The notes under the pieces: model-generated
Told to the model about the DNA's origin: nothing
What the model saw: only the letters and a program-made list of their open reading frames with translations
Database searches by the model: none
In this document: one piece after another, positions 41,272 through 51,438 of the stretch
Layout: every line of letters starts with the position of its first letter
Position numbering within the stretch: the first letter of the stretch is position 1
Translations under genes and position numbers: made by a program
Source of the DNA: an uncultured Staphylococcaceae bacterium
GTDB lineage: Bacteria; Bacillota_I; Bacilli_A; ML615J-28; CAG-313
NCBI GenBank assembly: GCA_964507405.1
Contig: CAZDPJ010000001.1
Span: 10,504 to 74,503 of the forward strand
DNA: 64,000 nt
Direction: 5' to 3'

Positions 41272-41569
41272 CTTCTCTTTCTAATTCAAGAATGGCCTTT
41301 GTAAATCCTGTATCTGTAAGTCCTATTACTTTAGGATTGTTTAATCCCAGTGATTTACCAAGTTCATCAGTTGAATATTTTTTTATTATCGGAATATTGT
41401 AGAAAAAAGCTTTTTTATCTACTTTATCGATTGTGGCAAATGATGAATCATTCGCAAGAAAAATTAATTTTATTTGTCCTTTATTTAAGTTTTTTAAAAC
41501 AGCATCTGTTCCTGCAACAATTTTACCTGCTCTTTTAGCAAGTCCTAAATAATTAAAAACTTTATTCAA
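41264..41569 (-). CDS. L7Ae-family RNA-binding protein (YlxQ-like)
   Basis: 101 aa; conserved position between ylxR and infB. Confidence 0.7.
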   Translation of the reverse strand: MNKVFNYLGLAKRAGKIVAGTDAVLKNLNKGQIKLIFLANDSSFATIDKVDKKAFFYNIPIIKKYSTDELGKSLGLNNPKVIGLTDTGFTKAILELEREGD

Positions 41570-41570
41570 T

Positions 41571-41858
41571 TTATTTTATACCTTCTTTTTCTAAAAATTC
41601 AATCATTTGATTATATACCTCATCTGGTACCGTAATTTCTAAATGACGATCTAGAATTTTCTTTTTCATTGAAGCAACAACAGCTGATTTTTTCTTACAT
41701 ACATAAGCACCATGGCCTCTTACTTTACCGGTAAAATCTAGTACTACTTCACCGTCACTTGTTCTTACAACTCTAAACATTTCCATTTTTGGATATTGTT
41801 CATTTGTAACAACACATTTTCTGAGTGGTACTTTTTTTACTTTTTTTAATTCTGCCAT
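41571..41858 (-). CDS. YlxR/DUF448 family RNA-binding protein
   Basis: 95 aa; PLRKCVVTNEQYPKMEMFRVV; conserved position after nusA. Confidence 0.75.
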   Translation of the reverse strand: MAELKKVKKVPLRKCVVTNEQYPKMEMFRVVRTSDGEVVLDFTGKVRGHGAYVCKKKSAVVASMKKKILDRHLEITVPDEVYNQMIEFLEKEGIK

Positions 41859-41865
41859 ATATCAC

Positions 41866-42954
41866 CTAAATTGTATAAACATTTGGTTTAAACTTGATAC
41901 CAAGTTCATATGCTTTATCTTCATTCTTAATATCAATTTTCCAACCAGTAACATTTGAAGCAAGTCTTGCGTTTTGACCGCCTTTACCAATAGCAAGTGA
42001 ATACTGATTATCAGGAACAATCGCAATACATTTCTTTTCTTCTTCGTCAACAAGAACACTGATTACTTGAGCAGGAGTTAATGCTTCAGCAATAAGTTTA
42101 ATTGGATTATCATTCCATTCAAATACATCTATTCTTTCACCATTTAATGCTTCATTTATTTGTTTAATACGACTTCCTTGTGGACCAATACATGCACTCT
42201 TACCATCCACATTGATATTATTACTCTTAATACCAACTTTTGTTCTACTTCCAGGATCACGAGCGATGCCAACTACTTCAATTACACCACTAGCAATTTC
42301 AGGAATATATGTTTCAAATAAACGTTTAATAATATCACGATGAGTACGAGAAACATAGATTTTAGGGCCTCTTCCTGTTTCTTCAACTTTAGTAATGCAA
42401 ACCTTTAATGTGCTACCTATTACATAGTTTTCACCAGGTAATGATTCTTCAAGAGGAAGAACAGTGTTGGTATCCATACCAAGATTAATAATTACAACAC
42501 GATCAGTAACATTAACAATTGTTGCGGTTAAGATTTCGCCTTCTTTTTCTTTAAAATATTCATAAGCACGTTTACCACCAAGTTCTTTTAAACTTTGGAT
42601 AAAGATTTGTTTAAATCTAGTTGCACCTTTTCTACCAATTGAGTTAATACTAATTTCAGTTCTAAAGTCTTGTCCAACTTTAACTCTGGCTCTCATTTCT
42701 TTTGCTTCTTCTAATAAAATTTGACCATCAGGTCCTTCAGGATCAATTTCTTCAACAACATGGAAAGTTTGAAAAACTCTTATTTTCTTTTGGTCTTCAA
42801 TAAATTCAACATTAATTTCACCCTTAGCCCCTTCTAATTGACAAGCTTTAATTAAAGCAGTTTCAACTGACTTAAATACATCTTGTAAATCTAAGTGTCT
42901 TTCATTTGCTATTATTACTAATTCTTCATAAAATCCTTTACTAATCATTTTCAT
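41866..42954 (-). CDS. nusA: transcription termination/antitermination factor NusA
   Basis: 362 aa; S1 and tandem KH domains. Confidence 0.9.
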   Translation of the reverse strand: MKMISKGFYEELVIIANERHLDLQDVFKSVETALIKACQLEGAKGEINVEFIEDQKKIRVFQTFHVVEEIDPEGPDGQILLEEAKEMRARVKVGQDFRTEISINSIGRKGATRFKQIFIQSLKELGGKRAYEYFKEKEGEILTATIVNVTDRVVIINLGMDTNTVLPLEESLPGENYVIGSTLKVCITKVEETGRGPKIYVSRTHRDIIKRLFETYIPEIASGVIEVVGIARDPGSRTKVGIKSNNINVDGKSACIGPQGSRIKQINEALNGERIDVFEWNDNPIKLIAEALTPAQVISVLVDEEEKKCIAIVPDNQYSLAIGKGGQNARLASNVTGWKIDIKNEDKAYELGIKFKPNVYTI

Positions 42955-43441
42955 CTACCTCTTTTTCTTTAAAATTTACCGCAAGTCTTATTTTCGCAAT
43001 ATTATTTTTTGTTATTGTTAATTCTTTTATTCTTGTTTTTATCGTAGCTAATACTACAATTTTTTCATCATCATAAGATTTTAATGTACCATATACTTCT
43101 TTTAAGTTATCTGCACTTTTCTCTTTTTGATACATTGATACATATATGTACTTATCAATTGCTCTTTCAAAGTCTTTTTCTGTAATTAATTCTCTTTCCG
43201 CACCTAAACTTGTTACTTCTAAATAATAACCATCGGGAATTAAATCATTAATTAAATCTAAAATTTCCTCATTAATTGTGGCTACTTCATCAATATCTAA
43301 AATAAAAGTCAAAGGATCATCAATTGTAAAGACAATTTTATTAATACCAAATTCCTTTACTTTTTTTACACTAACTAACTCTTTATGATATTTTTCAATA
43401 ACACTAAGACCTAGTCTTTTCATTTCTTCTAAATTAATCAT
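42941..43441 (-). CDS. rimP: ribosome maturation factor RimP
   Basis: 166 aa; first gene of rimP-nusA-infB operon; AGGAG RBS. Confidence 0.85.
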   Translation of the reverse strand: MINLEEMKRLGLSVIEKYHKELVSVKKVKEFGINKIVFTIDDPLTFILDIDEVATINEEILDLINDLIPDGYYLEVTSLGAERELITEKDFERAIDKYIYVSMYQKEKSADNLKEVYGTLKSYDDEKIVVLATIKTRIKELTITKNNIAKIRLAVNFKEKEVDEND

Positions 43442-43471
43442 ATCTTATCAACTCCTACTTTGCAATTAAAA

Positions 43472-43505
43472 GGTGAGCTAACTATTAAAGCTCACCACCA
43501 AAATA
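43472..43505 (-). promoter_or_regulatory. leader hairpin GGTGAGCT-loop-AGCTCACC followed by UUUUAAUU in rimP 5' UTR; candidate NusA-dependent attenuator
   Basis: perfect 8-bp GC-containing stem 30 nt upstream of rimP RBS, downstream of promoter. Confidence 0.4.
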
Positions 43506-43517
43506 TCTACTATAGAT

Positions 43518-43546
43518 ATTATATCATACTATCATATAAAAGTCAA
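43518..43546 (-). promoter_or_regulatory. sigma-A promoter TTGACT-17-TATAAT for rimP operon
   Basis: minus-strand -35 at 43541-43546, -10 at 43518-43523. Confidence 0.5.
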
Positions 43547-43677
43547 ATAAAACTAATTTTGAATTAAATATTGCATAATCTTACTTATTGAATATTTCCT
43601 ATATATTATTCAATTACTTGAATTATTTATAAATTTTGGTATAATAATATTATAAAAGAAATGAAGGATGATATAGA

Positions 43678-45336
43678 ATGATTAAAATTAATTTAAATGG
43701 TAAACCATTAGAAGTTAAAGAAGGAACAAAAGTCATTGATTTAGTCAGTGATAATGAAAAGACAAATTATTGTGTTTGTCAAATAAATAATCAAATTAAA
43801 GAATTAAGATTTGTCTTAACAGAAAAGCAAAATAATGCTATTATTAAATATGTTGGATTAGATAATATTGAAGGTGGAAAGGCATATGAAGCAACATTAA
43901 GATTGGTCATTGCTATGGCTTGTCATATCTTATATCCTAACATTAAAATTAGATTTAGTTATAATGTTTCAAGATCAATATTCTGTCAAATATTAGATGA
44001 AAAAATTCATCTTACTAAATTTTGTGAAAGCATTCAAAAAGAAGTACAGCGAATTATCGATTTAAATCTTCCCATTGAACGTGTTACAACAACAGTAGCC
44101 GAAGCTTTAAATATATATAATGATATGGGTCATACTGACAAAATTGCAATTTTAAAATATCGACCAGACCAAAATATACACTTACACAAAATTGGCAACT
44201 ACTATGATTATATGCATGGATACGTGCTTCCATTCACTGGATGTTTAAAGAACTTTGTTATTAGACCATATAGTCCTGGTTTAATTATTCAATATCCTCG
44301 TTATGAACTTAACGCTAAAATTCCAGAGTTTTCAGAAGAATCAACATATGGCAGAACCTTAAAACAAGCTTATAAATGGGGACAAAAAACAAAAACACAA
44401 ACAATAGTTGATATTAATGAAAAAATAGAAAATGGAAACTTAGTTGATTTTATTCAAATGTGTGAAACTAAACATAATAATATGTTAGCAGAACTCGGTG
44501 AAAACATTCAAAAGGATATCGAAAATATAAGATTAATCTGTATTGCGGGGCCTAGTTCAAGTGGTAAAACAACTTTCTGCAATCGTTTAAGAATAGAACT
44601 AATGTCTAGAGGCATTAATCCCGTAATGATTTCGATGGATAATTACTATCGTTCAAGACAAGAAATAGCATCTATTCAAAATACTACTACTGATAATGTT
44701 GATTTAGAACATATTAATACTTTAGATATTGAATTATTTAATCAAAATCTATTTGATCTAATTAATGGTGAAGAAGTCACACTTCCATATTTTAACTTTA
44801 ATACGGGAAAAAGAGAAAAAGGACCAACAATTAAAATTGAACAAAATAGTCCAATAATAATTGAAGGAATTCATGCCTTAAATGAAAAACTAACTTCTTC
44901 TATTCCTAAGCATCAGAAATATAAAATATATATTGCTCCACAAGCACAAATCAATATCGATAATCATTCACCTTTAAATACAACGGATTTACGATTAATT
45001 AGAAGAATTGTGCGAGATATGAAATTTAGAAATTGTCCTGCAGCTGGTACCATTAATATGTGGCAATCAGTAAGAGAAGGTGAATTCAAATGGATTTATC
45101 CAAATCAAGAAGGCGCAAACTATGTTTTTAATTCCGAATTAACCTATGAACTTGCGGTACTAAGAACACATGCCCTTCCAGCCCTACGTGAAATCAAACC
45201 AACTGATCAAGAATATTTAGTAGCTAACAGATTAATTAAATATTTAAAATACTTTAAACCAATTGAAGATGAAAGCATTATTCCTTGTAATTCATTATTA
45301 AGAGAATTTATTGGTGGAAGTTGTTTTAATGTCTAA
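43678..45336 (+). CDS. TGS/ThrRS-N-terminal-like domains fused to uridine kinase-family nucleoside kinase
   Basis: 552 aa; N-terminal ubiquitin-like TGS-type fold region, then P-loop GPSSSGKTT and uridine-kinase-like body; own TTGAAT-17-TGGTATAAT promoter. Confidence 0.55.
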   Translation: MIKINLNGKPLEVKEGTKVIDLVSDNEKTNYCVCQINNQIKELRFVLTEKQNNAIIKYVGLDNIEGGKAYEATLRLVIAMACHILYPNIKIRFSYNVSRSIFCQILDEKIHLTKFCESIQKEVQRIIDLNLPIERVTTTVAEALNIYNDMGHTDKIAILKYRPDQNIHLHKIGNYYDYMHGYVLPFTGCLKNFVIRPYSPGLIIQYPRYELNAKIPEFSEESTYGRTLKQAYKWGQKTKTQTIVDINEKIENGNLVDFIQMCETKHNNMLAELGENIQKDIENIRLICIAGPSSSGKTTFCNRLRIELMSRGINPVMISMDNYYRSRQEIASIQNTTTDNVDLEHINTLDIELFNQNLFDLINGEEVTLPYFNFNTGKREKGPTIKIEQNSPIIIEGIHALNEKLTSSIPKHQKYKIYIAPQAQINIDNHSPLNTTDLRLIRRIVRDMKFRNCPAAGTINMWQSVREGEFKWIYPNQEGANYVFNSELTYELAVLRTHALPALREIKPTDQEYLVANRLIKYLKYFKPIEDESIIPCNSLLREFIGGSCFNV

Positions 45337-45356
45337 GATGAATAAAAGGAGAAACT

Positions 45357-45668
45357 ATGAAACAAGTAAATGAAAATGATTTTAAACAAGAAGTACTAGA
45401 TGAGGTAAAATTAACATTTGTTGATTTTTATGCTGACTGGTGTGGGCCATGTCAAATGTTGAAACCCATTTTAGAAGAAGCAAGTAATAATTATCCAAAT
45501 ATTAAAATAGTAAAAGTAAATGTAGACCAAAATGCATCTTTATGTGGAGAATATAATATATATAGCATTCCTCATGTTTTAATATTTAAAGATGGTGTGG
45601 TTGTTGACCAATTTATTGGTTATAGAACTAGTGAACAAATTGATGAAATAATAAAAAAATTATCATAG
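45357..45668 (+). CDS. trxA: thioredoxin
   Basis: 103 aa; WCGPCQ active site. Confidence 0.9.
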   Translation: MKQVNENDFKQEVLDEVKLTFVDFYADWCGPCQMLKPILEEASNNYPNIKIVKVNVDQNASLCGEYNIYSIPHVLIFKDGVVVDQFIGYRTSEQIDEIIKKLS

Positions 45669-45674
45669 AAAAAT

Positions 45675-45711
45675 GGAATTAAGGGTAATACCTTAATTCC
45701 TTTTATTTTTT
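45675..45711 (+). terminator. intrinsic terminator (GGAATTAAGG-loop-CCTTAATTCC + T-run) after trxA
   Basis: perfect 10-bp stem; overlaps trxB 3' end. Confidence 0.55.
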
Positions 45712-46586
45712 AATATATAGTTACTTGCCATAGCACCAGCAATAGCGCCTTCATATACTGCCTTCGAGACTTGGTAAATGGGACCTGTTACATCACCACA
45801 TGCGAATAAACCAGGAACACTTGTTTTCATTTCCTCATCTACAACTATTCTTTCATCTTTAATCATTGCACCTATTTTTTTAGCGAAGTCGTAACCACCT
45901 GCGTTATTCCAAGCAATAAATAAACTAGGAACATCAATTAGTGATTTATCTTCAAATTCAATTTGTGATAATTTATTTTCACCAATAAATCGAGAAATTT
46001 TTCTAGAATCAACTTTTATTTTTTCATTATCTACATCAAGAGAAATACCATTAGATAAAATAACTACTTCACTTGCGTTTTTACTAAGTTCCATCGCTTC
46101 TGATAAAGCATAGTCACCACTACCTAAAACAAATGCTTTTTTATTACGATAGAAAAATCCATCACATACTGCACAAAAACTTAAGTTTTTATCGATATAA
46201 TCTGATAAATTAGCTATATTAGGAAGACTTCGCTTAGTGCCACATGCAATAATAACGGTTTTTGATATATATTCATTATCGATTGTTTTTACTTTAAATG
46301 AATAACTACTTGGTTCAAAACTATTAAAATTAATTGAAACAACTTCTTCTGTTTTAACAATAACACCTAAATCTTCTGCTTGATTGATTCCTTCATAAAA
46401 TAAAGTTTTACCATTAACTTTAGGCATTCCATAATAATTATCAATTGAAGTTGCTTTTAATAAAGCACTATCATCAAGTCCTAAAACTAATACATTTAAA
46501 TTACTTCTTCTTGCATATATACTTGATGATATACCTGCAGGTCCTTTTCCTATAATAATAACATCATAAATCATTTCATTCACCAT
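45693..46586 (-). CDS. trxB: thioredoxin-disulfide reductase-like flavoprotein
   Basis: 297 aa; FAD-binding GxGxxG, redox CAVCDG motif. Confidence 0.75.
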   Translation of the reverse strand: MVNEMIYDVIIIGKGPAGISSSIYARRSNLNVLVLGLDDSALLKATSIDNYYGMPKVNGKTLFYEGINQAEDLGVIVKTEEVVSINFNSFEPSSYSFKVKTIDNEYISKTVIIACGTKRSLPNIANLSDYIDKNLSFCAVCDGFFYRNKKAFVLGSGDYALSEAMELSKNASEVVILSNGISLDVDNEKIKVDSRKISRFIGENKLSQIEFEDKSLIDVPSLFIAWNNAGGYDFAKKIGAMIKDERIVVDEEMKTSVPGLFACGDVTGPIYQVSKAVYEGAIAGAMASNYILKNKRN

Positions 46587-47332
46587 TATTTCAAAACATA
46601 CATTACAATGCTAGATGCCGATAAAACATTAAGTGATTCAACTTTATTTTCCATTGGAATAATAACATTTTGATCCATTAATTTACTTAATTCTTCACTC
46701 ATACCTCGTGCTTCATTACCAAAGCAAATACCAAATTTATCTAATTTTTTGATAGAGGCAATATCTTTGGCGCTTTTAAGACTTGTTCCAAGACATTTAA
46801 TATTATATTCTTTTAATTTAAGAATTAGTTCACTTAAATTACTATAATAAAAAGGAATTTTAAAAATTGCACCTTGAGTAGCTCGTAAAGTTTTTTCATT
46901 ATATATATCAACTGTATCCGTTGACATATATATCGCATCATATCCAAGAGCAGCTGCGGTTCTAATAATAGACCCTAAATTACCTGGGTCATTAATTGAT
47001 TCTAATAATACTACCTTTACTTTATTTTTTGTTAAATCAATTGGACTAAATACTGGCATTTTAACAACGCCGATAATACCTTGTGGATTTACAGTTTTAG
47101 TTAATTTTTTAATAATTAAATCATTTACTAAAAAATGCTCTACACCTTGATAAGAATTAAAGTCATTTTCATTAACAGATAAAACCATTTCTAATTCATT
47201 ATGTAAATATGCTTCATTAACTAAATGATACCCTTCCACTAAGAATTTTCTTTTAACATATCTTGTTTTTTTATCATTTAATTTATCAAGATTCTTAATT
47301 AATTCATTCTGAACTGATTGTATTACTTTCAT
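46586..47332 (-). CDS. TrmH/SpoU-family RNA 2'-O-methyltransferase
   Basis: 248 aa; N-terminal substrate-binding domain plus SPOUT core (ESINDPGNLGSIIRTAAA). Confidence 0.75.
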   Translation of the reverse strand: MKVIQSVQNELIKNLDKLNDKKTRYVKRKFLVEGYHLVNEAYLHNELEMVLSVNENDFNSYQGVEHFLVNDLIIKKLTKTVNPQGIIGVVKMPVFSPIDLTKNKVKVVLLESINDPGNLGSIIRTAAALGYDAIYMSTDTVDIYNEKTLRATQGAIFKIPFYYSNLSELILKLKEYNIKCLGTSLKSAKDIASIKKLDKFGICFGNEARGMSEELSKLMDQNVIIPMENKVESLNVLSASSIVMYVLK

Positions 47333-47342
47333 ATATTCACCA

Positions 47343-48137
47343 TTATAATCTATTTTTTAGATATAATAATATATATACTTCACAGCCTAATAAACATAAT
47401 ACAAAGATTAACCAAGTAAAATTCCAAAAGCCAAATAAGAAAGAAACACAAAGATAAATAGTAGTCACAAAAGCAAGTAAATTTAAACAATTTCTAATTA
47501 ATCTTTTTTTAGGAGAACTATGAGGATAAATTAATTTATCAACAAGCAAATATATATATCCTACAACTAAAATAATCAACCAACTAGGATGCCAAAGATT
47601 AATATCAAATATTGATGTTAATATAAAGTTAGGTACAACATATAAGCAAATAGCAAGTGCAAAGAATGATAAACCAAGACAAATTCTTGTCATGACTTCT
47701 AATTTCATTTTCTTACAATATAACAAAATATATACTGATGTAATCAAACTAAAAATAATACTTGGAACTACTACAATACTAATTGTATTATGATAATTAT
47801 TTGTTACAAATTGACTTATTAATACATATATTAATACAACAAATAAGAAATAACATGTTCCAAAAATACTAAAACCTAATAGTTTATCTTTTAAAAATGG
47901 ATGAGAAGCCTCTACTTCAATATCATGTAATACTTCTTTATAAGAAGCCATTATTTCCATACATTCTTTATATTTTTGTTTTTCAGGTTCATCACTTAAA
48001 TCATTATATTTATCAATCATAATAGATAATAATTCTTCTTTTAAATCAAGTACTTCCCTCGTTTCTGGATAATAAGAAAATTTACGGTCTATTGTTTTTT
48101 TGATTTTATTAATTGTTTTAGGATTACTCATTTTCAT
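47343..48137 (-). CDS. membrane protein partnered with PadR regulator
   Basis: 264 aa; soluble N-terminal region then 5-6 TM helices; overlaps padR by 14 nt. Confidence 0.4.
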   Translation of the reverse strand: MKMSNPKTINKIKKTIDRKFSYYPETREVLDLKEELLSIMIDKYNDLSDEPEKQKYKECMEIMASYKEVLHDIEVEASHPFLKDKLLGFSIFGTCYFLFVVLIYVLISQFVTNNYHNTISIVVVPSIIFSLITSVYILLYCKKMKLEVMTRICLGLSFFALAICLYVVPNFILTSIFDINLWHPSWLIILVVGYIYLLVDKLIYPHSSPKKRLIRNCLNLLAFVTTIYLCVSFLFGFWNFTWLIFVLCLLGCEVYILLYLKNRL

Positions 48138-48465
48138 TTTCCCCCCTAATTAAATTATTTAAAATATGATTTACTTTATTCCATTCTTCTAATCTTTCTT
48201 GATAATTTTTTTTACCTTCTTCGGTAATATGGTAATATTTACGACGGGCAGTTTGTGTATCATCACCCCAATATGTTGTAATTAATCCATCATTTTCCAT
48301 TCTTTTAATGGTTGTATAAATTGTTGCATCTTTCAAATCAAAAATACCACCACCTTGGTCATTAATACTTTTAAGTACCGCATAACCATAACTATCACCT
48401 TTCATTAAAATTGCCAAGATAATGGTTTCAGTATTGCCTCTTAACATTTCACTTGAATATTTCAT
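48124..48465 (-). CDS. PadR-family transcriptional regulator
   Basis: 113 aa; GDSYGYAV...YTTIKRMENDGLI. Confidence 0.8.
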   Translation of the reverse strand: MKYSSEMLRGNTETIILAILMKGDSYGYAVLKSINDQGGGIFDLKDATIYTTIKRMENDGLITTYWGDDTQTARRKYYHITEEGKKNYQERLEEWNKVNHILNNLIRGENENE

Positions 48466-48614
48466 ATATATACCTACCTAATCTCATTAGATATAATATA
48501 CCATATTAGAGTATTTTTTGCAAGAAATAAAAGTTAGAAAATAAAAAAAGTGCATAAAGTAAATGTCATAATCATTATAACATCTATCTTATACACTTTC
48601 AATTAGTTATATTA

Positions 48615-48809
48615 TTATTTATTACCTAATTGAGATTGAGCCATTGATACTAAACGACGAGTGATTTCACCACCTACTGTACCATTTTGACGAGCTGTAG
48701 CGTCAGGCCCAAGATTAACACCTAATTCACTGGCGATTTCATTTTTCATTTGTGCAATCGCACCAGTTGTAGGAGCTACATTTTTATTTCTGTAAGATGA
48801 GCTATTCAT
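48615..48809 (-). CDS. alpha/beta-type small acid-soluble spore protein
   Basis: 64 aa; [46 protein letters not shown] matches SASP signature; GGAGGAGG RBS; CATACTA -10-like element upstream (sigma-G-like). Confidence 0.85.
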   Translation of the reverse strand: MNSSSYRNKNVAPTTGAIAQMKNEIASELGVNLGPDATARQNGTVGGEITRRLVSMAQSQLGNK

Positions 48810-48886
48810 TATTTCACCTCCTCCTCAAAAATAGTATGTGTTATTTTTAAGGATTTAATCATCATTTTTTTGGTAAATAATGGTAG

Positions 48887-50125
48887 CTATATTAACTTAC
48901 TTAGTTCATCATCAACTGATAATTTTTTGTTTATATAATCATAATGACGATTTGCTTTAATAACAATGCGCTCAATATTTTCATATGCTTCATTAATTAA
49001 AGTCTCATAATCAAATTTTTGTTCTTCTCTTTCAGCGATTTTTAATAAAGGCTTAATTTGAGGATGTTTAGGAACAAAGACTGTACAACAATCTTCATAT
49101 GGTTTAATTGATGTTTGATATGTATCAATCTTTATCGCAAGTTCAGTAATTTCGGCTTTATCAAATGTCGCAAGGGGACGAATAACCGGAATTTTTACAA
49201 CACTGTTAATTGTATTCATACTTTCTAGAGTTTGACTAGCTACTTGTCCAATGTTTTCGCCATTTACTATTGCTAGATTACCTTTATCAATGGTTAGTCT
49301 TTCACCAAGTCGATACATCATTCTTCGCATAATTGTTATTCCATAGTCTTCTCTTTCATATTTATAAATTGCATCTTGAATTTTAGTAAAAGGTACAACA
49401 TATAAATTAATACTTTGATACTCTGTGTATGGAGCAATTTTTTCTAATAAATCAATTACTTTTTGTAAAGCTAAATCACTTGTATAAGGAGGTGATGCAT
49501 AATGAATTGCGTCGATTGAAACTCCTTTTTTAATTGTCAAGTATCCAGCAACAACACTATCAATACCACCAGATATCATCAAAGTAGCTTTACCAAGTGA
49601 CCCAGCAGGAAGTCCGCCTAACCCCATGTATGTCTTAGTAAATATAAATGCCCCTTCTTGTCTAACATCTAAATCTAGTGTAAAATCAGGATGATGAACA
49701 TCTGCTTTTAATCCTTCAATATTTTTAAATAAATAGCGAGCAACTGCTTGTGATATTTCAATAGAAGTCATTGGAAATGTTTTGTCTGCACGATTTGTTT
49801 CAACTTTAAATGTTTTGTTTCCATTTTGTAATTCTTGTTTTACTTTTTCTAATGCAAGTAAACAAATATCGTCAATATTAGGATTTGCGCGATCAACAAT
49901 GCTAAACGAATATAATCCTGGTATTTTTTGTAAAATAGGGATTATATCATCAGCACTTGTATCATTTAAATGAATATAAAATCGCATACCTCTTGATTCA
50001 AAAGTTAATCCTGTAAATTCTTTTAATGCACGTTTAATACTATTTGTTATTTTTAAAATAAATTGATTACGATTTGTTTTCTTTAGGCTTAATTCGCCAT
50101 ATCTTATTAAAATGTGATTTGCCAT
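48887..50125 (-). CDS. thiI: tRNA 4-thiouridine synthase
   Basis: 412 aa; THUMP + PP-loop SGGIDS. Confidence 0.85.
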   Translation of the reverse strand: MANHILIRYGELSLKKTNRNQFILKITNSIKRALKEFTGLTFESRGMRFYIHLNDTSADDIIPILQKIPGLYSFSIVDRANPNIDDICLLALEKVKQELQNGNKTFKVETNRADKTFPMTSIEISQAVARYLFKNIEGLKADVHHPDFTLDLDVRQEGAFIFTKTYMGLGGLPAGSLGKATLMISGGIDSVVAGYLTIKKGVSIDAIHYASPPYTSDLALQKVIDLLEKIAPYTEYQSINLYVVPFTKIQDAIYKYEREDYGITIMRRMMYRLGERLTIDKGNLAIVNGENIGQVASQTLESMNTINSVVKIPVIRPLATFDKAEITELAIKIDTYQTSIKPYEDCCTVFVPKHPQIKPLLKIAEREEQKFDYETLINEAYENIERIVIKANRHYDYINKKLSVDDELSKLI

Positions 50126-50126
50126 A

Positions 50127-51251
50127 TTATCTATTTCCTATTTCTTTTAATTTTTCAATAACTTCTTTTATTTCTTCTAATGTATTGCTATCATCTAAAC
50201 TAATTCTAACTGCATTACTGGCTCTTTGTTCATCACTAAATGTTGCCATTAAAGTATTTTCTAATGATTTAGTTTTTGCATTACAAGCAGAACCATATCC
50301 TAAATAAATTTGATATTGTTCTAAATAATGCATAAATGTTTCTCCTTTTAAATTATTTAAACTAAAATTTAAAACATATGGTGAATAAGATAAACGTGGA
50401 CTATTTATTTTTATAAAAGGCAGTTTATCTAGTTCTTGGATTAAATAATCATTTAAAGATTTAACATAATTATAACGTTCTTGAATGTTTTCATTTGCAA
50501 AGCTCAATGTTTTAGCAAGACATACCGCCCCCGCAACATCAAAAGTACCACCTCTTAAGTTATTTTGTTGATGACCACCTTTAGTTATTTTTTCTAAATT
50601 TATTTTATCATTTACAACTAAAAGGGCAGTTCCTTTTAATCCATGTAATTTGTGAGCTGTAAAGGTAAATAAATCTAAATCATTAAAATCAAAATTAGGT
50701 ACTATTTTAGTTATTCCTTGAACTAAATCACTATGGAATTTTACTCTAGGATAATCTTTTAAAATCTCTTTTATTTCTTTAATTGGTTGAATACTACCAA
50801 TAATATTATTTACCCACATAATTGATACTAAAATAGTATCTTTCGTTAAACTTTGTTTTAACATATCTAAATCAATGATACCATTTTGATCAACATCTAA
50901 ATAGGTAACATTAAATCCCTTTTTTTCTAAATCTTGAAAGCACTCTAAAACCGAAGGATGCTCAATTTTTGTTGTAATAATATGTTTACCTTGATTAAGG
51001 TATTTATTACATATTCCATATATAGCTAAATTATTCGCTTCGGTTGCTGAAGAGGTATAAATAAATCGCTTGTTATTTAAATGGAGAGTTTCACTAATTA
51101 AATTATTGGCTCGTTCAATTAAAGTCTTAGAAGTAACTCCTAATTTATGAGTACTACTTTCGTTATACCAATATTCACTATTAATTTTATTATATAATTC
51201 TATAATAGACTTATGAGGTTTAGTCGTTGAAGCATTATCAAAATAAATCAT
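50127..51251 (-). CDS. cysteine desulfurase (NifS/IscS-family aminotransferase class V)
   Basis: 374 aa; PLP-lysine region TFTAHKLHG, catalytic SACN-like loop GSAC; adjacent to thiI. Confidence 0.8.
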   Translation of the reverse strand: MIYFDNASTTKPHKSIIELYNKINSEYWYNESSTHKLGVTSKTLIERANNLISETLHLNNKRFIYTSSATEANNLAIYGICNKYLNQGKHIITTKIEHPSVLECFQDLEKKGFNVTYLDVDQNGIIDLDMLKQSLTKDTILVSIMWVNNIIGSIQPIKEIKEILKDYPRVKFHSDLVQGITKIVPNFDFNDLDLFTFTAHKLHGLKGTALLVVNDKINLEKITKGGHQQNNLRGGTFDVAGAVCLAKTLSFANENIQERYNYVKSLNDYLIQELDKLPFIKINSPRLSYSPYVLNFSLNNLKGETFMHYLEQYQIYLGYGSACNAKTKSLENTLMATFSDEQRASNAVRISLDDSNTLEEIKEVIEKLKEIGNR

Positions 51252-51438
51252 AAACTTTAGAATTCCTTCCTAAATACTTAATTACATATATGTATTATAC
51301 CACATTCTTAAATTTTACAAACATTTTTGACAATAATAAATTAATAGAGTTATTTTATCTTAAAATTTATTAATTTATGCTATACTAATTATTGTAAAAA
51401 ATCTATATATTTATTATTACTAAAAATGGAGGAAAGAT

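Noticed and set aside
48466-48560. CTAAT-CTC-ATTAG short palindrome upstream of padR as operator
   Set aside because: A 5-bp stem in AT-rich DNA is within chance expectation. It is not reported as a feature.
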